A program made the position numbers and the translations under genes. A DNA stretch of 64,000 nucleotides from Podarcis cretensis (Eukaryota): contig OX638153.1 in NCBI GenBank assembly GCA_951804945.1, positions 30,442,001 to 30,506,000 on the forward strand, written 5' to 3'. Of the stretch, positions 25,201 to 38,202 are shown in pieces. Each line of letters starts with the position of its first letter. The stretch's first letter is position 1. The notes beneath the pieces are model-generated. The model did not search any database and had not been told where the DNA came from. It was given only the letters and a program-made list of their open reading frames with translations.

Positions 25201-25765
25201 ATGGTGTGTTTACAGGACACATAAGCAATGTCCAGCCCATAGAAGACCTATCATTTGCATAGCTTATAAATATATCCTCAGTCCAGCTGAACCACATGGA
25301 TGGAAGTCTTTCTCTGTGCCCAGAACAGTGTGGGAGCAAATGCAGAAGGAACAGAAGCCGCATTAGCAATATGTTTAAAGGTCTAAGACTTGTAATTTTG
25401 GGGGGGAAATAAAGGTATTGGGGACTACACTTAAAAGAATACTGAAACATTTAAAGATTTGTGGTGGCTGAGCATCAACATAAGCATTTTCTGAGTGGTG
25501 GAGAAATGTGCAACTTGAGATTAGAGAGTCCAATATTATTTAGTGACTTGCGGTAGCTTCCAGACACCACAGAAATGGCTTCATTTTGTACTAGTTCTCC
25601 GCAGTCAAGAGCTAATCCCTCAGGTCATGTAAAACAAGTGTACATATTTTCATCTGGCAAATGATGGAGAGTAGGAAATCACAAGGCCTGATGGAGTGAT
25701 TTAGTCACACATGTTGCTGTCTCATCTGTTTCTTCTAATCTCTTTTTCCGCTTCATTCTATTCAG

Positions 25766-25801
25766 GGACAGCCTGGAACAAGAGGTTTTCCTGGGTTTCC
25801 G
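25766..25801 (+). CDS. COL13A1: COL13A1 exon, GQPGTRGFPGFP
   Basis: ttcag|GGA...CCG|gtaagt; 36 bp; same as recalled human peptide. Confidence 0.95.
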
Positions 25802-26345
25802 GTAAGTGGCACTGCTAATGCATACTGGTATGTATGAATGATATATTTCTAAGTGCAGCATCCCTTAAGCTAAATGCCTCTTGACGCATCTGTTCTAAAA
25901 ATGGATGGCTGGGGATTGTGTCACAGAAAAGACATTGCTATTTCATTCAATGCTTTGATTTCTTTAAAAACGTATTTATTGTTTTAAAAAAAATTGCAAG
26001 TAGAGAGATCTCCTATATTTTCCCTTACAAATGAGTCATTAAAGCAAAAACTGTAACATAAAACTATAAATATGTGTTGTGATTTGAACTAATTTCTAGA
26101 TCTGTTTCAATGCTTTTTCAGTCACTAGACTCCCTTGTGTTTTCTGTCCAAGACCTGTCAGGTATTCAGTCTTGTGGGCTGTATATATGGGCTATGAACA
26201 CAGTCAGAATATTTGCCTGTTTTAGACTTCATTGCTACATACTTTCTTGGGAGAAAGCCCCATTGAACCCAGTGGGGCTTGCTTCTGAGTAGACCTGTAT
26301 AGAATTACACAAAAAGTCACCTGTTTTCTTTTGTCTTAATTTCAG

Positions 26346-26372
26346 GGTCAGATTGGTTTAGACGGCAAACCA
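26346..26372 (+). CDS. COL13A1: COL13A1 exon, GQIGLDGKP
   Basis: ttcag|GGT...CCA|gtaagt; 27 bp. Confidence 0.93.
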
Positions 26373-27285
26373 GTAAGTGAATATTTCCCCTCCCCTGACT
26401 CTTGTTCTTGCTCATACTCCTAGTCAGCAGCTTTCTGTCAATAACACTTTCAAAATGTTTATCGCTAAATCATTTGTTTCAATAATTCTGGGCAAATCCA
26501 TATATGTGAAGTGGTGCTGGTGTCCAGACCACCAAAAGACACGTCTTAGAAATTAAACGTCAGAAATGTAACTTATAGAGTTGGAGACTTTTAAAAAATC
26601 CACCTATCATACACCAGTGTTTCTATTTTTATGTGTGTGTTTGTTTAAATTTTGAAAGCTTTAAAACCCAATTTTCAGGACACATGGGGGAAAATACACT
26701 TATAAGATATGGACCCACATCACAATTCATCCAAAACTAGACCTGAATAAATATATCTTCAGAAATTCTTTGAAAGACCAGTAGCGATGTGGCCAGTAGC
26801 GGCCACTGTGGTGAGGTAGAGCCAACATTTGCATTGCTGCAGGGGCACAGTGGCTGAAAGGTCAGGGCTGTGTAGGAGCCAGTGTCAGGAAGGCTGCTCT
26901 GCCCGAAATTTGGGCCCTACTGCAAGAGGCCATCTGTATGTATCTCTGTGAGGAGTGAGTTCCAAATGTGTGGGGCCACCTTTAAGAAAGCCCTGTTCCT
27001 GCTCCCTGCCAGCCTAATGGCTCTTGCTAGCCAGTTAGAGAGCAGGGTCACAGCTTTCATTTCAGTGCTTCGGCAGGCTCATCCACTTGCAGTCAGCCCT
27101 TCAGATAACATGATCCCAAACCACTTAGGGCTTTAGATGTCCAAACCATGAGAAAACCATTGCTGTAGGAAAGCAACAGGAGAACACCTGACTAAACAGT
27201 AATGACAATCGCAGAAGTCTGAGGCTTCAAAATGTCCTAATAACTAGAATGGCCACCCCTGATGCAGTCTTCCTTTCCATTTCAG

Positions 27286-27312
27286 GGGCAACCTGGACAG
27301 AAGGGAGAAGTG
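27286..27312 (+). CDS. COL13A1: COL13A1 exon, GQPGQKGEV
   Basis: ttcag|GGG...GTG|gtaata; 27 bp; positional match to recalled human GHPGPKGDM. Confidence 0.88.
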
Positions 27313-27431
27313 GTAATAAGACTTTAATCTATTTCTGTGCAATATGCTGGGTTGAGGCTGGAGACTTTCAAGCTTGTAAAAGGGCAAGACTGGCAGGGCG
27401 GGTTTGTGGAGTCTTCATTTCAAAATGGAAC

Positions 27432-27676
27432 TAGGGTTGCCATATTTCAATAAGTGAAAATCTGGACACAAAGGTTGCTGAGTTTTAAAGCTTTTTTTTG
27501 TTTTGTTTTGTATTTTTTCAGAAATTCACCAAAAATGCAACACTTCCAATATGGGCTGCCATACGCCTGGGTTTTCCTGGATATTTTAACCAGTTTCTGA
27601 AAATTCCACCAGGACACCATTTTCGAAGGACAAATCCCAGCTGTGTCCGGGAAATTCCAGACATATGGCAGCCCTA
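27432..27676. mobile_element. hAT (Blackjack-like) MITE
   Basis: TIRs TAGGGTTGCCATAT...ATATGGCAGCCCTA. Confidence 0.75.
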
Positions 27677-28712
27677 CCTGGAATAGATCTCCCATTCTTT
27701 TCTCTTCCTACTCTAGCAATGAAAGCAGGAAAGTGATTTCTGCTGGCAAATTTGTAAATAAGACCTCCACCCCCCACCCCACCCCGTAAGCAGCACTAGG
27801 TTATTGGGTCATCATCAACAAATTTATTGTACTAGCCTTGAGCACTTTAAAAATAAACTCAAAAAAATTCCAATCCCTAAACAATAAAAGCATTGTATAA
27901 TAAGAAAGTTAAAGTACCTTCTAATGATATTAAATATTTTAACATAATTAGAGTAAAACTGAATTCAAGGTAAGATTAAACTAAATACACTCTTAAAGCT
28001 CCTAAGGCATGGCCTCCTTTAATACACTAGTTCTTTCTGTTAGATGTTTGCTTGCAGCTAAAGCATACAATGTTGTTCTATATGTAACAAATGGATAAAC
28101 AACTCCAAAGAGAAAACACATAATTTTTTGGTCAGGATGGGTTGTTAAACTAGACAAAATATTTCTCAGTAATTTTTTCCCTTGTACTATCATATAAAGG
28201 ACATTTCGGTGCATAACGGATTACATTCTCCACCTGCTTTAAATTACAAATGCAAATCTGTTGTGAAACTGGTATCTGTTTGTCTCTACCATTTGACACG
28301 GCGGAAGGCATAATCTGTAGGCGTAGCTCTCAGAAAGCTCTGCATAGGGGAAACACTGTCACTTCTTATTGATATCTAGATCTTTGACATTCCTCTTCGA
28401 AAGAATGACGCCAATGGGGAAATTTAGATTGTTGCTCTGGGCGTGGGGGGATGGGCCAGGAGAACCCCAGAGCAATGCATGCAAGATAAAAGCGGCGGGG
28501 GGGGGGGGTGTTCTGTCTGGCAAGCAGAAATACTTGCACTGACAGATCTGTTAGAAGAGTGCAACATTGAATTCCCCCCCTTGTTCCACCACCAAACTTA
28601 TCATAATATGGCAGGTTCTGGCAACGCCAAGGTAGGGTATGACATCACCATTGCACAGGAGTCCTTTTTGCATGTGTGGTATGGCTTTATAGCATCAGTG
28701 AAGTCTCTAGAC

Positions 28713-28813
28713 CAGGTGTAGAAAATCTTCCACAACTTGAGAACCGCATTCCCTTCTGGGAGACCTTCCAGGGGTCAAATGCCAATGGCAAAAGTGTGCA
28801 GAAGGCTAGTTTC

Positions 28814-28850
<37 letters not shown>

Positions 28851-29030
28851 CCCTTGCTAGTCTCCAAGCAAGAAACATGAACTGTTCAAGGACATATTCC
28901 TACCAGACAGAGACACTCAAGAAGGGTGCAAAGCAAGGATGGAAAGGAATGCAGCTAAGGAGGATGTGTGGCCCAGGAAGAGTTGCAAGTGCCATATAGA
29001 CACCTCTGGGCCTCATATTCCCCATCCCTG
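28713..29030. mobile_element. hAT-type MITE containing (AC)n
   Basis: Ends CAGGTGT...ATCCCTG; 8-bp TSD-like CTCTAGAC/CTCTAAAT. Confidence 0.6.
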
Positions 29031-30984
29031 CTCTAAATTTGCAAGAGAACTCCAGATTCTTGTGAATATACCTGGTACAGTGGTTTTGTCATAGCTGGAC
29101 CTGCAAATCCTCGTCTGGATTCCATATTTTTGTGGAATCGAGCTGCATCTGTAGCTATACCAAAGGCAAATCAGTTCTACATCTAATATCAAGTGAAATT
29201 TTCTAGGCAAACTGCTGCTGTCCCTCTACTGGCCACAGGAGTGGGTAGCACTGGAGCCAGGTTTTTCTCCTCCTAACCCTGCAGCCAGGAGGTACTGGCT
29301 TCATTGAATACAGTACAGTATCAACATAACTGTTATATGCACTGGGAAACCAAAATATTGTGTGACTCGCTTTCTTGCAATATTCACTTTTTATTCTGAT
29401 GGTCTGGGACCAAACCCGCAATATCGCCAAGGTATCTCTCTCCTTTCCATGATGCTAGTCACCATAAATTTAGTTAGCTTCATGACTCAACAAGGCTTAA
29501 TTTGCCTTTGTGCTTACTGTTCCTTGTTTTGACTGCTTTGCTAAGTCCTTTCATATTTAAGCTACACTGGGATAATTAGAACCTTCAGGAGGATTTGCTG
29601 GGTGACTGGCAAGTCTGAAATGCATGGTGAACTGGGTCATCTGATTGTTTCACCATCAGGTGGTAGCTCCACATCACTCCACCCCTCCTCCATCCAACTT
29701 AACATGTACTTAATAGAAGGATAGGGCGGGGGGACGGGACTGTGCTGTTTGAGATGAATGGGGTTGAGTGCTGAGGAACTGTGTTAGGATATCCTGTTTT
29801 CATTATCCAGATTTCTTTTTTAAAAAAACCCAGAAATACTTGTCAGGGAACCCACACAGTTTTGAAAATCAACTGTTCACAAAATTATTCAAGTCAATAA
29901 CTTGGAAAGCAGAGTTAGTAATAGCCAGATACAGGCCATTTAGCCTATCTTGCTTGTAACTGGACACACTTTCACATACTAAATTCCTGGTCCATAAATT
30001 TTATCCACCTTGTTAATTCTGCTGCCACCCTGTGTGTATTGGCCCTGTTTTACAAAGTATCTCATTTCAGTGTATGCTTCGATTCCTGGATTGCTCGAGT
30101 CATGCTTTTATTTTCTACGAAGCTGGAGTTTTACCCTGTGTCTAAAGCAGAGCGAACCACAGGATATAGTGTATACTTTGCTTCCTCTCTGAGTTAATGA
30201 AATAATCCCACCCTACAATCTATCAAATAGTACAGGCCTGTGGTCTGGCAAGCTTCTGCTTGCTTTGGCCCAGAGCCTACAGAATTCCAATTTAACCCCA
30301 CTGTTCAAATTAATTGTCACTCTGTTAATATAGTATATTTTCACTACATTATTTGTTGCAGGCAGATGCTGAAACATGCCGTGCTTTCTGTATCTGATGA
30401 ATTGATTGTGAGATTTTCTTTTAAATTAAGTTTTTGGGGCGGAATGCACATATTTTGTGACCCTTTAAGTCAACACAGCCCACCAGGCATGTGTTGTGTG
30501 GGCTAGCCAGGTGTTTGAGAAAACCAAAATGCTTTTTCTTTTAGGGGGGGAGGGAGGGAAGCTCCAGGCAGGCGCCAAAGACAGTTTTATTGAGCCTCTG
30601 GTGGCCTGTGTTCAGCTCACTGAGTCACAAGTGGAGCAAGTCTCCACCAGGCATATTTTCAGTGCATCCCAAACACCAGAAAGGAAGAGGCCAAGCACAA
30701 GAGATTTTAAATAGGCTAAAGTCTATGGCTGTGCTCCGATTTACTTCTCCATCACTTTTTCTCAGAGAGCTGTATCCCTAATAGGCATCAGAGGTATGCC
30801 AAAATATCACAGAATAGTGTGCAAATGAGAGGTATGCCATACCCTGTTGTTGCTGTAAAAAATGTATGCAGGTCCCACTTCAGATAAGTTTGTCATGTCA
30901 GCACTATCTTATCTTTGAAGAGAATGTAAAAAAAGACATTTAGCACACATCTCACATCATGGCCTGATTTTTATTAGTCTAGCT

Positions 30985-31118
30985 CAGTGTTTCCCAAACT
31001 TGGGTCTCCAGCTGTTTTTGGACTACAATTCCCATCATCCCAGACCACTTGGTCCTGCTAGTTGGGGATGATGGGAGTTGTAGTCCAACACAGCTGGAGA
31101 ACCAAGTTTGGGAAACCA
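30985..31118. mobile_element. Palindromic hAT (Charlie/URR1-like) MITE
   Basis: Inverted arms of about 55 bp: gtttcccaaacttgg...ggactacaattcccatcatccc / gggatgatgggagttgtagtcc...ccaagtttgggaaac. Confidence 0.8.
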
Positions 31119-31524
31119 ACTAGCAGCTGGATGCTATTGTGCTTTGAATGTGGGTTGTTGCTGTTGTTTTGCTACTTTTTGGTTGCTTTCTTTTAGTTAA
31201 TTAATAGGCTAATGCTGCTGATTTTATTTTTAATTGGGCACCTGTTATTTTTGTTTATAAGCCACCCAGATCATTTCACCAGACGTGCACATGTCACAGC
31301 ATACCTTAGCAAACTAGATTAAGGGGTGCAGTGGTGTTGAGCCAGAGCCATCACCTGCTGGCAAGACAATAAGACCTCCACCTCACTGTGGATTTCACAC
31401 TTGTCATTCACAGGTCGGGGCCCTGCTGTGAAGTAGCTAATATTCCATCCTCCACTCTGCAAGAAGCAGTGGACAGTTTAGACTTATTTGTCCCATGTGT
31501 GAAAAAGCTTTTACTCTTCTGTAT

Positions 31525-31938
31525 TAGGAATGGGTTAATCTGTCAATTTCAGTATCGTTCAGTTCTTCACTTTTCCACTCTTAAGTTCAGTCTCCACATT
31601 TCTACATTGGAATATTTTTTTAAGCCCTCCAGAAAATTTGTCAGCATTTTTGTGCAAATTTCTCATGTGCATTCTAAATGCATTTTTGCTCAGTGTGCAC
31701 ATTTTTTGAAGCAAAATGCATATTTGATTTTTTATTGTCACTAATATATGCATTTATGTGCACACATTACCATAGTCTGTGCATTCTTGTAGACATTGTT
31801 TGGCTGGAGAACTGCTGTGCAGAATCCGGATAAGTCTGACTTTCTTAGGATATCCATTTTGGTACACAGTATTGTTTTGAAAAGTGCGAATCTGTCGTCT
31901 TTAAATGCAAATAGAACTGAATTCCTCCCCCATCCCTA
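31525..31938. mobile_element. AT-rich non-autonomous DNA element (hAT-like TIR)
   Basis: Ends TAGGAATGGG...CCCATCCCTA; related sequence at about 17265-17433, 21950-22375 and 47520-47760. Confidence 0.55.
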
Positions 31939-32360
31939 CTTTTGGTGGTGCTACTCCTACAGACTATGCATCCCACCGCCCACACTGCTGAATGTTCCTG
32001 GTAACTATGTCACTAGTGGATAGTCTCTCCTGATGGGAACTGCACATGCTGTAAGGATATTTAATTGATGTGCAACATCACCATGAAAGAAAGATTTCCC
32101 ACATCTGTACATGGAGTAGATGACATCTGTAACAGGCCCAATTAAGATATGTTACTTGGAGGATCCTAAGGAAACCTGATTATGGAATTAAAAGGTTTGG
32201 GTGAGAATTATCGCAAAAGGGGGTACAGCTTGCCTGTGTTTCCTGTCTGTAATGCCAAAGTTTTATCTGAAGCTTACATCATGTGCTGTCGTATTCATCA
32301 TATTGTTCACTTTGTTTTTCACTTGATGTAACCTCTGCTTGGGTTTTCCTCCCCTCAAAG

Positions 32361-32387
32361 GGCCCAGCTGGTCCCAAAGGACAACCA
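32361..32387 (+). CDS. COL13A1: COL13A1 exon, GPAGPKGQP
   Basis: tcaaag|GGC...CCA|gtgagt; 27 bp. Confidence 0.9.
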
Positions 32388-32492
32388 GTGAGTAATTACT
32401 TGTACATACTTTCTGCTGACACTTATTTTTGGCATTCCTTATCACCATTATATATGCGACATGACTCTATATTTGTCTTCTACTTTCTATAG

Positions 32493-32519
32493 GGAACTGC
32501 TGGACAAAAAGGAGAAAAG
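32493..32519 (+). CDS. COL13A1: COL13A1 exon, GTAGQKGEK
   Basis: ctatag|GGA...AAG|gtgagc; 27 bp; follows a 105-bp intron. Confidence 0.92.
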
Positions 32520-32956
32520 GTGAGCTTAGCAGAATTAACATTCTACCTACAATAAAAAGGGAGTTCCATGTTGGTTTGGGTTTCAGTTTCTAGAAATACC
32601 TGTGTTCAAGGCAGGCTAAAATAGTCGTGTGCTCTCTTAAAGAGGATTTTAAGTCACATTAAAATGCAGGTTTTTCTAGAATCTGGAAGCTGAAACAACC
32701 TGGAACTCCTTACTATTCATGTACCCTGAATCAATAGTCTCAATATCCACAGTTGCTTTTGAAAATAATGTCACCTTTGCACATTTGAATCCATGGACAA
32801 AGTCCAGTCCACATGATGCTTAAATCAGCATTATCCTCACTGACATGGATGCATTCAAGTCAGCAATGCACCTGCTATGAACCTGTCTCCACAAATCTAT
32901 TTTGGTTACAGCATTCATGATGTAAACTATTTTCTTTTAATCTCCTACTTTTGCAG

Positions 32957-32983
32957 GGTCAATGTGGAGATTATCCACACAGG
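32957..32983 (+). CDS. COL13A1: COL13A1 exon, GQCGDYPHR (COL1/NC2 junction, conserved Cys)
   Basis: ttgcag|GGT...AGG|gtaagc; 27 bp; recalled human GQCGEYPHR. Confidence 0.96.
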
Positions 32984-33268
32984 GTAAGCAGACTCTTCTA
33001 TTTTGTTTGTAAAGTGACCCTTGCATATTATCCCTTGTTTATTTGGATGGCTTTTATGGAAATATAGAACTTAAGAGTTCTTAGAGTTCATCACTGGCTC
33101 TTGCAGTCCTTTCCTCACCCACCCCCCATCCACATAGATATTTTATTACCTGACTATTGGCAGATACAGTGAGTGCAGAGTTTTCCGGGAAACATTTCAC
33201 CAATTTCTCCATCTGGCTAGCAGATCTGCCAGTTAGGATTGCTCTGCCCAGTTTCTCTGCATTAGAAC

Positions 33269-33342
33269 CATAGAATTGTAAAGTTGGAAGGGACCTTGAG
33301 GGTCATCTAGTCTAACCCCCTGCAATTCAGAAATCTCAGCTA
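33269..33342 (-). mobile_element. SINE/CR1 3' end fragment
   Basis: catagaattgtaaagttggaagggaccttgagggtcatctagt, homologous to the copies at 35580 and 46142. Confidence 0.65.
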
Positions 33343-34989
33343 GAAAGGCATACATTGGGGCTGAAATTATTATAGGGACACGGGTTTAAATACTTCATAT
33401 TCAGCATTTGAGAAGTCTCCTAATAAATATACCTAAAATCTGGCCCTTATCCCAGAGAGATATAGATGTTCTGTTTGTCCAGGATCCTGAGTGATGACAG
33501 GATGCAGATAATGACCCTTTTAGAGGTATCTGAGGCAGAAGAATGCAGGGAACAAAGGCTGGCTGATTGGCTGTGTGTTCTGGCCCATATAATTACAACA
33601 ACAGAGAGCCAAGTATATTTATCTAGAAAAGCAGTGTCAGTCAATTGCTATGGGCTATTTATTTTTAAGTTAGAAGCATAGTTTGCCTGAGCAATGCTCT
33701 GAGTTCAGCTGCACTCCCTTGCAAGTTCTCCCAGTGCTGATCAAGATGAAAAGGAGAGTCCACAGAATATTAAAACACTGAGAAACTAATCAGGGGTAAA
33801 GAGGACTTGACCATACCATACAATCACAAAGAAAAAAATAGTGTGGCTTACTGTCTCTGTTGGATATTTGGAATTGTTATTTAAGAAATTATACCTTCCC
33901 ATCTCAAATGGTGCTTTCAGCTACAGGAGATCTACATAATAAGAGGAAATATAATAATGATCCACATCCTATGAGCAAATAGATTAAGGTGGAGAAGCTC
34001 TGGCAAAGCTTTGCAACGGGAGTATGCCTTGAGCCTTCCTCTGCTACATTCTATACTAACCGGCAGCCTATGTTTTGTTTCTGGGGGTGAGGAACCTGAG
34101 AGTTGAGCCGCAGCCAGCAAAGTTTGAGATTTTAGCTTCCAACTCTAATTAAAATTATAAGAACTTAAAGGTTTTCGTTTTCTTTTTAAAAACAACACTG
34201 GGCCTCAAGATGATACCAAAAATGTTCTTAAAGACTTCAGAGCCAAATGATTTCTTAAAGTCATTAAAATGTTATGCTTTTTTAAAAAGCCGTTAAGCAG
34301 ATTCATGATTTTTGAACTTTGAGAGGTGCTAGACAAGAAGATTAGGCCTATCCTGCTGCCTGGAAATCTTGGATGGACTCAGGGCACGGGTCACAATTTC
34401 CATCTTTGTTAAGCGTTGCCCTTAAAGGCAGCAATACTTTGCAAATTATCAACGGTAAGGTGCCCCCCCCCCCATGGATCTTAAAGGAAGGCATTTAATT
34501 TCTTTGTTCCATAATAACAAACTTATCTTCTTTTCCAAAAAGAGGAAGGAATAGCCCAGGAATACTTGTTTTAGCTTGCTTAGGATTTCTGAATAATGGG
34601 TTTCTTACCATTGTGTCTGTGGCATATGAACTGATTTTTTGGCCTGGGTTCCCCTCCTCTACCACTGTCAGTAAAGCAAGGACTGAGAATCCAGCCCCAC
34701 TGTTATGTAGTTCCCTAGCCTGTTCCTCGAGCAACAAATTAGGAAAGCTGATACTGTGCTCTCAACGAAGGAAATGAATGCATCAAGAGGTTATGTATGC
34801 GTTGCACAATGCAAGCCTTGAGGACAGATGAGGTAACTGAAACAGGTAAAAAAGGCAACAGGGTTGGGCAGGGGTTGCAAGTTGTCTTCGGACTAGATTT
34901 AGGAGTTGGTGAAATTCATTTTGCTGCTGATGGTATAGAGAATCAAATTGACCCAGCTCTGTGTTGCTCTGTCTCCACTGTCCCCCTAG

Positions 34990-35046
34990 GAATACCTAAG
35001 CACCACACTTGCAGCCCTGCGTTCTAATCAGATCCTTACACTGAAG
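34990..35046 (+). CDS. COL13A1: COL13A1 NC2 cassette exon, EYLSTTLAALRSNQILTLK
   Basis: ccctag|GAA...AAG|gtttgt; 57 bp; aligns with recalled human ECLSSMPAALRSSQIIALK; TGCATG at 35108. Confidence 0.9.
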
Positions 35047-35579
35047 GTTTGTGGGGAAAGGGTTTAACTGGTCCTGTTGCAAAAGGCCAAGGAGATTAAT
35101 CCAATATTGCATGTTCTCAGTGGCAAAAGATCCAATAACATACCTGCGGGACGCTACCCCCTCCCCTCCAATAAAGGAAAATGTGTAAAATATATGCTAC
35201 CATCAGACTTCAGTTTTTCACTGTGGGAAAAGGCAAATGATGTAAAGAAAAACATTCTGTATATCATAGTCATGCCATCTGAACTATCCTGAGCTCAACT
35301 TCCAATAGTCGTTAATGACTGTCATCTCAAGATTTATTTAGGAACATAGGAAGCTGTCATACTGAGCCAGGCCACTGTTCCATATAGCTCAGCACTGTCT
35401 ACACTGGCTGGCAGCAGTTCCCCAGGGTTTCATTCCCAGCCCAACTCGAGATTTTGAAGGCTTAAACTGATCGGCACTATTTTTGCCTTGTCTGTGTTTT
35501 TAGATCTTGCCTCAAGAGGAGTCCCTTCTACTGAGCAATTTCACAGTTGATTATAAGACATGTGAAAGGCACGCCTAGA

Positions 35580-35720
35580 TCATAGAATCATAGAGTTGGA
35601 AGGGACCTTCAGGATCATCTAGTCCATCCCCCTGAAATGCAGGAATATGCAATTGCCCTATATGGGGATTGAACCTGCAACCTTAGCATTATCGGCACCA
35701 TGCTCTAACAGCTGAGCTAG
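35580..35720 (-). mobile_element. tRNA-derived SINE with CR1-like 3' end
   Basis: Reverse complement has A box TAGCTCAG, B box GGTTCAATCC and tail TTCCAACTCTATGATTCTATGA. Confidence 0.8.
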
Positions 35721-38040
35721 GAACGGGCAACCTGTGGCTTTCCTAATGTTTCTGGACTACAACTCCCCTCATTCCTGACTGACCAGGGCTGATAAGAGTT
35801 TGTAGATCAGCATCATCTGGCAGGCCACAGTCTCCTCATACCTGCCCAAGATACTCCCATGCTTCTTATTAGGAAAGGTGAGATATCAGAAGAAAACAGC
35901 TGGACCTAAGGATGGCATTCCAAATCTTCCTCATGTTTGCTCAAATCCAACACCTCACACAGAACAGATGGAATATGAGAATCCTATTCAGGTGTTTATC
36001 TCCGTACTGTCGCAGTCACATAAAGAGAACTAGTGGGGCTGCATGTGCTTGTCTGCATGCATCACCGCACCCTACACTGTCCCCACAGTGTTGATACATT
36101 GGGGGAATGTCTGAAGGGGATATGCCTGCTGAGCATGTAGAGGCTGCCTTCAGGAGCACTCAGGGTTCCAACTCACAGGGCAGCCTGTGTGCTTGTCAGG
36201 CAGTTCCCACCCTGCTTTAGATCTTCCCCCAACATGTTGATGGTGGTGGGGACAGGCAGATGTGTGGTGTGGTGGTGGGGGCAGAGGAAGCACACGTGGC
36301 TCTGCTGTGTGTGTCTCTTTCTGCACAACAGAGATTGTGTGGAGAAAAACACCTGAAGAGGGCTACAGCTTCCCAAAATTCAGCTGACTTTGCCGCCTCT
36401 TAAGAATTACAGGGAATGTGCAGTGTCTTTTTCTGTGATTCACAGACTGAGCCCCTCTGTGGTCTTTGGATCTGCTGTTGATTGTGGCCTTCTTAATCCA
36501 ACCATTGCTCTTCCAATTTTACCACCACAACACATCTTCTATTTTTAACAAGCTGCCCAGAATGACTGGGTTGCAGTGCTGCAATATTGTGATGACATTT
36601 CAGTTTTGCAACAAGACTGGAACTTGGCCTGCACTAAAGAGCAAGCAGCCATAAATAAGGGGAAGAAAGTGTACTCTCTGAAGTGTACACAGTTGCTGTC
36701 ATGGGAGACCTGCAGGCATACCTCTCAGCCTCAAAAGAAATTACAGGCATCTGCATTTTTGAGCTTTAGCAAGACCTGATTGTTCTTGCACATATACTAG
36801 TGAAAATCAGGAGTGATTCTAGTTGTAGAGTGAGGATAAGCATATGCAGCGGTTGGAACAGTTCATTGAATATTTGGCAGGCAGAATATGCATAGATATG
36901 CATAAATATGTTTGTTTTCCTGCAGCCATTTTTGTGAGGTGGAATGGATATCTGTAGCATGGAACACATGGCTTTGGATTTAAAATGGACACACATAGAG
37001 ACAGCTGTGAGGCAAGACATACACACGCTCACACACGCAAGGTAGAATGATGTGGAGTAAACTTTGGAAAGGTGCTGAAATTAGAAATGCATCTCATGCA
37101 TACTAATTACTTTTGTGAGGTCAGGTATGGTAAAACTGAAGAGGGAAATGACCTCCATGTGAAGTTCATGTTTGGAAGACTGAAGGAATGAGTTCTGAGA
37201 AAGATCTCCTATAGTTGGACTTGGCAGGGAGTGAAACTTCTGCCAAGATGTAGAGCTGGATTCCTTGTTGGATTGAAGTGTTCAAGTTATTCTGCATTCA
37301 TCCCTTCAGAAATTTAAAAGATGCCATCTTCATATCCATTTTCACTGGGGAGGGGGGTGTTTTAAAAAAGCAGGCACACTTCTTTTACTATAATGACTAG
37401 TTTTCTCTAATACAGTTTGGCCTATCTAAGGGATGAAAAATGGTTTGCTGAGAATATCTGTTGTAATCATAATAGCCTTTGCAGTGATTAGCAAATTTGC
37501 TATGGAATTAGCTAGCAACAAAAAAGAATGGTCAAGAAATGAACTATATCTGGTAATAAGGAGAGCACAAAAACAACCAGTGAGGAATGGAGACTTTGGG
37601 TGAAGCAAAGAGAATAATATGATGCAAACAGAGAAGTGCAAATAAGAAGTCAAGAAGCAAATTTAGAGCAGAAGTACTCTGCCTAGAGACTACAGGTGTG
37701 GAGGGTAGCAAGTGCTATGCTTAGTTGCAATGATACACAGCAGAAGGTGACAGCATAATCAGCTTTTTCTCTTCCATGTTATATAACTAGAAAGTTTTTT
37801 TTAAAAAAGCTAGAGTACTCTGAAGCCTGAAGAATAAAACCAAAGCCTATGTTCAAAATATTAAAACAGAACATAGAAGAGCTCAAGAGGCTTGCCAAAA
37901 GGTTCCCAATGACAGATACCTTTTCCATTGCCCTTCATTCTTGTCTCTGAACTGTGACTTACTTTCATTACATCCTTTCATTGTTTTCCTTCCCCACCCC
38001 CTTTCCATTTTCTTCATTGGCTGTTCTGTATGACTTTTGA

Positions 38041-38202
<162 letters not shown>

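Noticed and set aside
36105-36175. Sequence reading ECL..SM / AAFRSTQ, superficially like the NC2 exon
   Set aside because: It has an in-frame stop, a frame break and no usable splice sites. The real orthologous exon is at 34990-35046.
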